NCBI RefSeq assembly: GCF_006345805.1
Contig: NW_021834548.1
Location: 1-47,474, forward strand
Direction: 5' to 3'
Length of the DNA: 47,474 nucleotides
DNA from: Octopus sinensis
Taxonomy: Eukaryota
In this document: one piece after another, positions 11,731 to 23,911 of the stretch
Numbering within the stretch: the stretch's first letter is position 1
Layout of the letters: every line of letters starts with the position of its first letter
Position numbers and translations under genes: made by a program
The notes under the pieces: generated by a model
Databases searched by the model: none
The model's input: only the letters and a program-made list of their open reading frames with translations
Told to the model about the DNA's origin: nothing

Positions 11731-12335
11731 GAAGAATTTGCCTTGTGGGAAAGTTTGAACCAGTAGCAAGCATTTCGACTCTGACTAATTCTTCTAAGGT
11801 GGCGTGACCCTTGTTAGCTCGAGCAGAAACCGATTCGGTATAGTTTCCGATGTGTTGCTATTCAGATGAGTTTGTGAGTAAAGTCTCTCAAAGACCGGTT
11901 ATTTTATTGAAGCATCATTTCTCGATAAAGCTGTCCACCACGGCTTATTTACTCCTAGTTGAGACAAAGTACCCCACTCTTGTTGCCTATTCAGTAAGTT
12001 GCCTCCCGTTTTGCTTTGATCAGGGCTTTCAGGCCAGGGCCATGGACAATTTCCGGAAATCCCTAGCAGGTAGTGTTACCAGGGTGGTGGCATTGCCGCT
12101 CCGGGATAAATTCTATAGGCATGGTAGTGCCGTCAGTCTTGACCGTCCGAGATGCGCGCAGATAGAAGAAACCGTCTAGCGGGTGTTTCTATAGTACTGG
12201 GTATTGCAGACTTGTAGAATTATGTTAAACAGCAGCTATCATATGTTGGATAGATCCGGCAACTGGCCGATTCCATCGTGAGGATCACCGCTCTGCTTTC
12301 TTTTGGTCGAAGAGGGTAGGTAGTTTCCCTCTGTC
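11731..12335 (-). other. Possible 5' UTR of the RTE-like LINE
   Basis: GC-richer unique sequence directly upstream of the endonuclease remnant; positional inference only. Confidence 0.3.
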
Positions 12336-12351
12336 TTTGAATTATCCTGAA

Positions 12352-12387
12352 TCATCATCATCATCTTCATCCTTTTTTTCTTCTTCA

Positions 12388-12425
<38 letters not shown>

Positions 12426-12540
12426 TATTATTTTATTTACTATCATCATTATTATTATATTATTTTATTATTATTATTATTATTATATTATATCTATTAT
12501 TATATTATTATCATTATTATTATTATCATTATTCATTATT

Positions 12541-12572
<32 letters not shown>

Positions 12573-12618
12573 ATTATTATATTATTATTATCATCATCAT
12601 ATTATTATTATTATTATT
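12352..12618. repeat. (ATT)n/(ATC)n microsatellite
   Basis: Direct reading. Confidence 0.95.
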
Positions 12619-13109
12619 AAGATGGCGGTTATTTCAGAGCAGCAGCGATGTAGTAACAGTAGTAGACGCGGCAATGTTATAAAGTTATAAGTACGCTTAC
12701 ATGTAAAGCGGTAGTGGTGCTATATAGTTTTGCACGTTAACAAATAAATAGGTCATAGATGATTTTACTATATTAAAACTTGGCTATTCATTGAAATGGT
12801 AAAAAAAAAGGCTTCTGGCTTCCTTCCACCCACCGTCCCGCTACTACCTACCTGCCATCAGCCAAACGTGACACTTCGACAACATAGCGTTATGGCTGAT
12901 TTTTACGCGAAACAAAAGACTAAACAAAACGCTGGTGATAAAAAGTCTCTCAAGTATGTTAGTAGACATGAAGAAGATGATTTATAATGTCCGTTTGGAA
13001 ACATATGTTTGGTTTCTCTTCACCCCCTCTCCATATATCTCACAGTCTGTCGCAATTATTCTGTTCTTCATTGGTTATGAGTATCTCGAAGCTTACGATG
13101 TTTAAGCGA

Positions 13110-13115
13110 AATCAG

Positions 13116-13153
<38 letters not shown>

Positions 13154-13162
13154 TATCTATCT

Positions 13163-13226
<64 letters not shown>

Positions 13227-13250
13227 GCTCTCTCTCTCTCTCTCTCTATC

Positions 13251-13296
<46 letters not shown>

Positions 13297-13298
13297 CA
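13110..13298. repeat. (TCAA)n-(TCTA)n-(TC)n compound microsatellite
   Basis: Direct reading. Confidence 0.95.
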
Positions 13299-13377
13299 TC
13301 GTAAGTATTAACGCATGCAAGCACATTTATATGTGTTTTGAATGCATACATACACACGTGTATATAGATAGGTTTGG

Positions 13378-13433
13378 AGAGTGAGAGAGAGAGAGAGAGA
13401 GAGAAGAGAGAGAAGAGGAGAGAGAGAGAGAGA

Positions 13434-13489
<56 letters not shown>

Positions 13490-13490
13490 A
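13378..13490. repeat. (GA)n microsatellite
   Basis: Direct reading. Confidence 0.95.
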
Positions 13491-13775
13491 ATATGTAAGG
13501 CATAGACAGTGGAATGAAAAGAAACCAGACACATGTTTCTGACCGGACTTTAGAAATCATCTCCTTCATTTCTACAAACATGTTGAAAGCCTTATAATTA
13601 ACACTTTTCGATTGGTTTTATATTATATATATATATATATTATATAATATATATATAATATATATCCGTATGTATGTACAAATGTGTGTGTATATAAATG
13701 TACAAAATATATACACACATATACACTCGTATGTGCGTTTATATGTAGGCGTGTATTATATATATGTATACATTC

Positions 13776-13806
<31 letters not shown>

Positions 13807-14357
13807 TATTGATAAATAGATAAGTAGGTAGAGATGCATACAGAGGCTTAAATAGATACGTTCATTGAAACAAATTATCACCTTTTGTCACCTTTCAGTA
13901 TATAATACTGTGTATCATTGCCCTAATAAATTTAGATACGTTGACTGCCTTTGTCCGGCCTTCGTACTTATCCAACTCCACATAACTTTTCAATTGACGG
14001 CATTGTGTCTCTCAAGCCGTTTCCCCTCCCCCTTGAACGCTATTTCTTTCTTATTTATGAGCGAGCTGGACAGACAGATGAAAAATTAAGTGCTCTTGAA
14101 CATCCAGAAATTTTACAGAATTAGCAGGGAGAAACAAGTAAGAAACACGGGAAGAACTGGCTGGCTTGTTAGATGAATATAAATAGTATGACTAATAAAC
14201 AAACGATATATTTATATATATATATATGGTACGTACATATATGTTTGTATGTATGCATATATTTTATTTATTACACTATTGTATGACTGAGCGCCTTCGC
14301 GTCGATTCGATTCGATTCGTTTGGTTTGGTTTCGTTTCTTCTTCTTCTTCTCTAAAC

Positions 14358-14414
<57 letters not shown>

Positions 14415-14448
14415 TATATATATATATATTATATATATATATATATAT

Positions 14449-15241
14449 AAATGCCGTATCACTCGAAGCATTCCGTACGAACCATTAGTTCGTCGCCGTG
14501 AAATTGTCAAAGCATGCTCAATATCTCTGTAGCAGACTTCACAAGTTTCACACAAAATTTTCACGTTGGCTCTTTATCCAACTTCTTGTCCATGACAAAA
14601 ATCGCAGACATCATATACGTGATCACGAAAATACAAGTTTCACAACTTGCGAAGTGAACATATGTCACTCAATGCACAGCTTCATGAAGGTCACTACTAG
14701 CTCTCACTGCGCATGCAACTGTGTGCTGTCATCTGTTGGTGCGCTACACAACTAGTCCAGAAACTTTTTGACACTACCTCATATTTCTTCCTCCACCTTT
14801 ACTCTCCTCTTCCTATCTTTATGACTGTTGATGTATCTTTCTAGCCTTCCAGCTAATCTGGGAATATTGTTGGTTAAGCACTAAACTTTTGACACCAACA
14901 AAACTAGTATTGTTTATTGTCTTTCACACTTCTCTATTATGCCCTCCAAATGCATTCACCTGCACAGACACCCACACACACTTTCACCATATATGTATGT
15001 GTGTGTATGTGCGTATGTGTGTTTGTGTATGTGTGTGTCTTTGTGTATTCATGTATATATATATATTATATATATATATATATATTATATATATAATATA
15101 TATATATATAATATATATATATATTATATATATATATAATTATATACATGAATACACAAAGACACACACATACACAAACACACATACGCACATACACACA
15201 CATACATATATGGTGAAAGTGTGTGTGGGTGTCTGTGCAGG

Positions 15242-15285
<44 letters not shown>

Positions 15286-15895
15286 TATACATGAATACAC
15301 AAAGACACACACATACACAAACACACATACGCACATACACACACATACATATATGGTGAAAGTGTGTGTGGGTGTCTGTGCAGGTGAATGCATTTGGAGG
15401 GCATAATAGAGAAGTGTGAAAGACAATAAACAATACTAGTTTTGTTGGTGTCAAAAGTTTAGTGCTTAACCAACAATATTCCCAGATTAGCTGGAAGGCT
15501 AGAAAGATACATCAACAGTCATAAAGATAGGGAAGAGGAGAGTAAAGGTGGAGGAAGAAATATGAGGTAGTGTCAAAAAGTTTCTGGACTAGTTGTGTAG
15601 CGCACCAACAGATGACAGCACACAGTTGCATGCGCAGTGAGAGCTAGTAGTGACCTTCATGAAGCTGTGCATTGAGTGACATATGTTCACTTCGCAAGTT
15701 GTGAAACTTGTATTTTCGTGATCACGTATATGATGTCTGCGATTTTTGTCATGGACAAGAAGTTGGATAAAGAGCCAACGTGAAAATTTTGTGTGAAACT
15801 TGTGAAGTCTGCTACAGAGATATTGAGCATGCTTTGACAATTTCACGGCGACGAACTAATGGTTCGTACGGAATGCTTCGAGTGATACGGCATTT
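14449..15895. repeat. Near-perfect long inverted repeat, arms 14449-15059 and 15284-15895
   Basis: ORFs 14498-14755(+) and 15589-15846(-) translate identically; arm coordinates sum to 30344/30343 (one 1-nt indel). Confidence 0.95.
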
Positions 15896-15982
15896 CAAAA
15901 ACGGAAGAATCTCCTTGGAAGACGTTGAGCAAACTGCAAGACCTGGCACGCGCGTCACCCTGAAAAAGTGGAGAAAATTCTA
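15563..15982 (+). mobile_element. Mariner A, 5' TIR and N-terminal transposase remnant
   Basis: TA|tgaggtagtgtcaaaaagtttctggact; broken MDKKL..ANVKFCVKL..KSATE..FKNGRISLED..EKVEKI. Confidence 0.85.
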
Positions 15983-16331
15983 GCAGGTCCCTTATACACT
16001 CTTCTTAACATCGCGTTCTTCAAAATGGCCTTGATAGTATCCATCAGGAATCACTTCGAAAGGTCATCGAAGCATACGCTAAACCACAATATCTTCAAGA
16101 CTGATTGAGCTGCGGCTCTGTCGTGCCTTCTTCAGTCGGGGAGATGCAAGCCTCTTCTATTGTGACCAACAAAACTGGTATTGTTTATTGTCTTTCACAC
16201 TTCTCTGTTATGCCCTTCAACTGCATTGACCTGCATAGATACCTACCCCACTTTCACCATATATATATATGTGTGTGTATGTGTGTATGTGTGTTTGTGT
16301 GTGTTTTTGTGTATTCATGTATGTATATATA

Positions 16332-16888
16332 TTGGGTTGTCTGGAAAGTTCGTGCCAATTTTTAAAGGTAAGTATAAGGTCAATAAATACTTGCCATTAC
16401 ATTTTTAATCAACCAAATATGAATCATTTTGTTGCACAATGCGTCTCCATCTTTTCTTTAACTTGAAAATACCCTCTTCTCAAAATTGAGGTGGTTTCAT
16501 GGCAAAAAATTCATCTTTTTACGTCATCCAAGGAATTGAAATTTTTACCATTAAGACTATTCTGCAGAGACCTGAATTAGTGGAAATCCGAAGGAGCAAT
16601 ATCTGGGGAATATGGAGGGTGAGGTAACACATCCCAGCCGAACTGCAGCAATTTTTGTCTGGTTCCCAAAGCATTAAGTGCCGAAAATGAACTTTCTTAT
16701 CTTTCATTTTAAAGGGTTACAGAATTAACACAGGTTATAGGAACATAAATCTTCTTCCACGAAAAATAGCTTAAACTGTGCTCTAAATGGAGGTGTAGTC
16801 AAATCCTATTTTATGGACTCAGTCATGATCTAAAATAAGTTGAAATGTAAACTACTATACATCGGCACAAACTTTCCGGACAACCCAA
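16332..16888 (-). mobile_element. Mariner B, internally deleted non-autonomous copy
   Basis: TA|ttgggttgtctggaaagttcgtgccaat ... atcggcacaaactttccggacaacccaa|TA; N-terminal KKVHFRHLMLWE fused to a C-terminal HIPQ/SDFH-region remnant. Confidence 0.9.
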
Positions 16889-16932
16889 TATATACATATA
16901 TATATATCGTTTGTTTATCAGTCATACTATTT

Positions 16933-17653
16933 ACTCATGAGGATCGTCGAAAGACAGTCAACGAAATTGCTGATGAAGTTGGTCTGTCGAATGGGTCTGT
17001 GCTGGCAATCCTAACGTCTGAATTAAACGTGCGGCGTGTCTCTGCAAAGTTTGTGCTCCGTCTCCTGACCACTGAGCAGAAAGAATATCGCGTCGAAGTC
17101 TGTCGTGATCTCCTTCAGCTTGCCTCTGATGACCCATCCTGCATGTCGAGGATCATCACCGGTGACGAGAGTTGGGTCTACGGGTACAATCCTGTGACGA
17201 AGCCGCAAATCGTCACAATTATGAAGAGGCGTTCATCTCCGCGACCGAAGAAGGCACGACAGAGCTGCAGCTCAATCAAAAGCATGCTCATCGATTTGAT
17301 TTTCGACATCCGCAGTATTGTGCATCGAAAATTTGTCCCCCAGGGTCAGACCGTCAATCGAGATTTCTACTGCGACTTTTTGAAACGTTTGAGGTGGAAG
17401 GACGTTCGGTGAAAGCGACCGGATCTTTCGCCGTTTTAACATCGTTGTCGAGATCCAGAGTGAATCGCAGAAGGTTCTCGACTCGCTTACGGAAAACGAC
17501 TTCCAGGTCGGATCCCTAGCGTGGCAGGAACGCTGGTATTGGTATATTGGCGCACAAAGTGACTATTTCGAAGGAGATGATGTTAAAACTTAGGTAAATG
17601 AGTTATCTTTTTTATTAACATAACTAGTTCGGGAACTTTTTGATACCACTTCC
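16933..17653 (+). mobile_element. Mariner A, central/C-terminal transposase remnant and 3' TIR
   Basis: HEDRR..VSAKFV..IITGDESWVYGY..FVPQGQTVN..YFEGD; 3' TIR matches the 15563 TIR at 21 of 28 positions, followed by TA. Confidence 0.9.
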
Positions 17654-17717
17654 TAGTTTATACATACATACATACATACATACATACATACATACATACA
17701 TACATACATACATACAT

Positions 17718-18138
17718 AGGCGTAGGAGTGGCTGTGTGGTAAGTAGCTTGTTTACCAACCACATGGTTCCAGGTTCAGTCCCACTGCGTAGCACCTTGGG
17801 CAAGTGTCTTCTACTATAGCCTCGGGTCGACCAAAGCCTTGTGAGTGAATTTGGTAGACGGAAACTGAAAGAAGCCCGTGGTATATATGTATATATATAT
17901 GTGTGTGTGTATGTTTGTGTGTCTATGTTTGCCCACCCCCAACATCGCTTGACAACCGATGCTGGTGTGTTTACGTCACAGTGACTTAGCGGTTCCGCAA
18001 AAGCGACCGATAGAATAAGTACTAGGCTTACAAAGCATAAGTCCTGGGGGTCGATTTGCTCGACTAAAGGCGGTGCTCCAGCATGGCTACAGTCAAATGA
18101 CTGAAATAAGTAAAATAGTAAAATAGTAGTAAATAGTA
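17718..18138 (+). mobile_element. SINE family A, full length, between (CATA)n tracts
   Basis: Complete head, internal tract and tail. Confidence 0.9.
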
Positions 18139-18158
18139 TACATACATACATACATACA

Positions 18159-18192
<34 letters not shown>

Positions 18193-18888
18193 CATACATA
18201 TATGCTTCGATGATTTTCCGAAGTGATTCCTGATGGATACTACTAACGCCTTGATGGATACTAATAAGGCCTTTTTGAAGAACGCGATGTTAAGAAGAGT
18301 GTATAAGGGACCTGCCAGAACTCTGTTCCATGACGTTTATCAACGTGTAAAAGTTGATGTGTGTAAGAGTTGCTGGCGTGTAATTCAGTTTATTTATAAA
18401 GTATACAAAAGTGCGAACTTTTAACAGGGCTCGTGCACCTGACTGTAGAAAGTTTGCCGAGGATTTGCAGCTCTTTTGTTGCTAAAAGAATTATACAGCA
18501 ACAATAGAATTTGCTTTTAATGCAAGTGTTGTCCTAAAGTGTTAGAGTTACTTTCGGCTGTTTACGATTCGTTCTTTCTTATCTTATTTCTTTGTTACTA
18601 TTTTTCTTTTTTTACATATTCTTCCTGGTACATGTTCAAACTTCATTCTCTCATCTATCGCTGTCTACTACACGAAAACCCCAAAGTCATGCTGTGCCGA
18701 ATTCCACGACATGCTGAATATATCGCATATAGACGTACTTATATCACAAAGTAAGGATTTTAACAGTTCTAGTGTCTTTGTGATGCATTTCAAACAACAA
18801 ATTAGTACCGACTGTCTTTCATACAGTGAAATAACCTGAAACACCCAAAACAGACATGACTGAGAAGTTAAGGTGCCCTAACTGTGTA

Positions 18889-19448
<560 letters not shown>

Positions 19449-20849
19449 GTGTATGTTAATGATGACTAGGAAATTCTTATTTTTATTGCCGAATTTTATC
19501 ATTAAATACTCAGGATTTTCTTGAATTGTCGGAACTAGAACAGATTTAGAAAGTACATCTGTCCATGAGTTACCGTTGTGTAGAAAAGGGCTAAGAGCAG
19601 AAATGTGAGTTTCTTGGAGTTTAGTGTTGACAGAGAGGCACAAAGGTCACTGAAAATTTACTAGGAAAAAAGATGGCTATGTTGCGGTATTGTCAATGTG
19701 TTTGGTCAATTTTATATTAAGACATCATCCGTACACGCTGTAGACTCTAGATATTTTAGATACTGATTCAAGGTTGTGTTCGTCTGTAGAAACATGAATG
19801 TAACGAGGTATTATGCTGCTGACGAACATCCCATGATGATAACCGTTATGGGGCCAATGGTTCGACTATAACTGCTGATAATTCTCAAGAAATTTTTCTC
19901 GGAGAAGCGGTTAATACACTATAGTTAAGGATTCTCTCTGGCAAGACCATGTTAAATCTCTTGTTAATTTCAACAGAATTTCTCATCACTCATTATGAGA
20001 AGAAATATGCAACCCTCTAACGACCAGAAGATAAGTAATGAGAGAAGAGGTTTATTCTAACAACACGTTGCAATCACTAGCCGATGGCCACACTGTATGA
20101 ATTGCTTCAAATCTCTTCTATTGTTACTTCTACAGCGACTTCCACTTGGTTGATACGATATAGATACGCACCACACACGCAAGTTCATCTGGCGCATTTG
20201 ATTTTTCGTTTCTATTTTCCTTTCAAGAATTGTGATCCGTCAGAATCGACTCTCTTCTCAAGTTTATCCTTGATCCATCAATCTACAGAAATTCAATATG
20301 AATGCCAACTACATTAACCTAAGTAATCCATTGACTAAATCGCGATAACGAGAAAGGAAGATGTCAGAACGTGAAAGAGCAAGAACGCAACCATGTTTTA
20401 TAGACTTCTGAAGATGAGTAATCTAAATGGCTCGTAATCCTATGTGGCAGCTAGATTATTAATTTAGAAAGGCTAAGTAAGAACATTTGTTTTCTCTATC
20501 TCTAAATATTATACGAATATTGAACAGAATACTAACCCAAACTAAACAAAGCAATAAAGAAATAATTCAAATTGCCAATATCCATTTAAGCCAACAAAGA
20601 AAACTCTACGGAATCTCTTGAACTAGTAGAAAAAACAAAACAAAGTAAAAAATAGATTCATTTTCATTATATCATACCCCACCATCTCAAAAACAGTTGG
20701 TAAAACGTAGTTTTAATGTTGATCTAGACATGGTGTGTCTGAAGAAGAAATAAAAAAAGAAGACAATGGAGTTACGACTTGAATGTTTCTGGTCACAATT
20801 ACTAAGTGACAACAATTACTAAGTGACAACATTAGCAAAACTCTGTGAA

Positions 20850-21050
20850 TGCGGCGAGTTAGCAGAGTCGTTAGCATGCCGGACGAAATGCTTAGCGCTA
20901 AGCATTTCGTCCATCTTTACCTTCTGAGTTTAAATTCCGCCGAGGTTGATTTTGCCTTTCATCCATCCGGAGTCGATAAAGTAAGTACCAATTGATCGAC
21001 TAAGCCCCTGCTCACAAATTTCAGGCTTGTCCCTTTAGTAGAAATGATTA
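20850..21050 (+). mobile_element. SINE family B
   Basis: gcggcgagttagcagagtcgttagc head, ttctgagtttaaattccgcc B-box region, tail. Confidence 0.85.
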
Positions 21051-21519
21051 GCAAAGGTCTGTTAAATTTTGAAGCAATATCCACAAGAAAATAATAATTT
21101 ATCAAATCGACCCAATATTTGATAGTCTGGTATTTATTTATTGACCTCGGAAGATAAAGGCTAGTCTCTCTTCTAAGATTTGATCTATGAACTGAACGGG
21201 ATGCATATAAATGCCACAAAGCAGTTTCTTCGGCACTCCGTTGACTCTGGTATCTTCATTTATAATCATAACTTATTCAAGTTGTCTCTACATATTTTTA
21301 AGACTTATAAAAAAATTAATATACTTTGTAGCATATTATGGTTGCTGCATAGCGAAACATCCCTACAAATCATTTAGTATAATAATTACGAACAAAAGCC
21401 CCAAATTAAACATTCATAAAATTACCGTCGGTGGCATTCGAACACAGGGTTTGATTTATAATTGCTGCTACGCATTTTGGACAACTTTCTTTCAGTTTTA
21501 TCTCTCATTAGCCTATTAA

Positions 21520-21695
21520 TAATAACTTCTCGTATAGACTCAAGGTTAGAAATTTTAAAGAGTGCTACATAAGTTTAAATGGAACTCAAGAATTTAACTA
21601 GTAATTTTACTGACTCCGAAATGGAATAAGACAAAATCGACTTAGCGGGATTTGAAATCAGAGCGTAAAGAGGGAGAGACGAAATGAAATAGCGC
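21520..21695 (-). mobile_element. SINE family B, degenerate
   Basis: aaaatcgacttagcgggatttgaaatcagagcgtaaag matches family-B body in reverse. Confidence 0.45.
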
Positions 21696-22159
21696 AAACT
21701 TATTTAGGTATTGCCCTACATATTCAGCCATGCATGGACGTATAACAAAGCTATCTAAATATGAAAACAAAACAAATTACTAGATATAAAGAAATTAATC
21801 AAATATAATGATAAAAAACTATTTAAATATAACCACCTTGTCAATATAGATAGCTAGAAAACTATTGAAAATAGAAACGATTTTTGTAAAAACAGGTGCA
21901 TTAGGAATAATAAATAAAAAAATAGACTATATACAGGATAGAGATATTAAGCAGTGTACATTTATTTTATACATTTTTAAATAAATGCCAGGAAAGCGAA
22001 CTAGATTGTCTCTTATCTGATTATATTGGGTTGCGCTTGGTTGCACAGTAAAGGTACAGGATGATAATAAAACACCCAGATTTAATAATTTATATAATAT
22101 AATATAATATTATATATACTTATTAATACACACACACACACACACATATATATATATCC

Positions 22160-22532
22160 TCTGTGTGAAAAGTCTGGCTGCATACACGTTAGCATATGTT
22201 AGGTGCATACAATTGACAACACAGTTAATTAAGATTTATTCAGTGAGTTCTATTCAACACATGTTTACACGTGGAATTAGCAGAATCATTATTAACTTTA
22301 GATGTCTCGCAGGCGAGGTGAACAAATTAGTGAGAGAGATAGACTGGCAATACTTGCAGTCTTGGGAAGAGCTATCTGAGCGGAAAATTCGTGGATGTAT
22401 TCAACATCAAACTCGTGTTCGGTGTCATGTAGTTGACTGTCGTGGTGGTAACAGATTCGTGTAATAAATTTTGAGTTTACTTTTGTTTCATAATATATAG
22501 TTTTTCGGATGCAGCCAGACTTTTCACACAGA
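22160..22532 (+). mobile_element. Tc1-like MITE / deletion derivative
   Basis: Perfect 24-bp TIR tctgtgtgaaaagtctggctgcat; internal WEELSERKIRGCI..HVVDCRGG resembles a Tc1 C-terminus. Confidence 0.75.
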
Positions 22533-22540
22533 TATCGTAG

Positions 22541-22927
22541 GTATGACTTTTTGATAAGAAGCTTGCTTCTAAACTACGTAGTTGCAGGTTCAGTCCCACT
22601 GCGTGGTACATGGGGGCAAGTGTCTTCTGCTGTAGCCCCAAGCCTTTTGAGTGGACTAAGTAGGCGGAAACTGAAAGAAGCCCGTAGTATATACAATATA
22701 TATATATATGTCTATGCTTAAGTGCTTTTGTGCTTATGTTTTTCCCCTCCACCGATTGACAATTGGTGTTTGTTTACGTTCTCGTAACTTAGCGGTCCGG
22801 CAGAAAGAACCGCTAGGATAAGTACCAGGCTTAAAAATAAGTACTAGGAGTGATCTGCTTTGCTAAAACCTTCAAGGCGGTGCCCCAGAACGGCTGTAGT
22901 CCAATGACTGAAAGAAGTAAAAGAGAA
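22541..22927 (+). mobile_element. SINE family A, diverged subfamily
   Basis: Head, internal TA tract and tail gactgaaagaagtaaaag. Confidence 0.8.
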
Positions 22928-23911
22928 ACGATATATATTATATATAAAAGTTATATTATGCATTTACACTCTATGCATGTGCCTGGCGTTCAAAGCCAAA
23001 CATGAGGCAAGAAAACTGGCACGAATCAAATTCTGCCCCGAGGCTGGCGTTGCAGCATTAAGGAAGAAAGAAAACAAGGATCATAGTTACAGATAATAAT
23101 ACTAACGTGGAAACAGGAAGTTCTGAGTAGGAGATGGATCCTAGAGAAAAGATGGAAACTGTTGGAGACGTTAGGAAGGGCAAGTTAGAGCTTAGTAAAA
23201 ATACAGTACTCAAATTAAATGCATGTAAGTTGGAAGGGTACCCGTGCATTACGGCTGTGCAAATCTGATACGAGAATCTGATGGTGCTGATGAACGATCT
23301 GTTGGCCAGGAGAAATACTTCCCTTCTTGACGAGGGAATGGAATAAAGAACAAAAGTACAAAGAGAAAGTTCAATAATAAAATAAATACCTTAGAAGAAA
23401 GATACTGCAGCAAGAAAAACAACCGAAATTCATCTGGAATGCGTTGAAAGCAATGTACTTGTAATGTTATATTGTCAAACATTGATACTAGCTGAACAAA
23501 TGAAAAGTAAACAGACGAAGTAGTTAGAGGTTTGATGAAAATATCAAGAGCTGGTATTTATAGTCGAATCTTGAACAGATCGATAGCTAGATGAATAAGT
23601 AGGCGTAGAGCTAACTAGCTAGCTTGATAAATAGATATATGAATAAATAGAAAGTTAGCTTCCACAGAATAATTGTCAGCTCAGCTAAATAGATAAATAG
23701 ACGGCTTGATAGATTGATAAATAAATAAAAGAGAAAAGACTGAAACACACACGCATGTGTGTGTGTGTGTGTGTACAAATCGTTATAAAGTTATAATTTA
23801 ATGCCGTTTCAATTGTGTTCACCGAGTTTATTTTAACAATCTAAGCTTCCTGCTATATCAGTGAGTGTATTATTTATTAATTTCACTATAAATCGGATGT
23901 GACAAATTGTA

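Noticed and set aside
12290-12335. Possible HDV-like ribozyme at the RTE 5' end (gagggaaactacct on minus strand)
   Set aside because: I could not fold the nested double pseudoknot, and the upstream part is replaced by microsatellite
14120-14165. Possible 19-nt microexon (ttttacag...gtaaga)
   Set aside because: Such signal pairs arise by chance in AT-rich DNA; no supporting context
14498-14755. Two identical 85-aa ORFs suggesting a duplicated gene
   Set aside because: Antisense reading of the mariner 5' region, duplicated by the palindrome
16840-17412. 190-aa mariner ORF as an active or domesticated transposase
   Set aside because: It lacks the N-terminus, stops at 17412, and the second and third catalytic aspartate region is deleted
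22990-23480. Purine-rich coding-like stretch
   Set aside because: Multiple stops and no motif I can recognise
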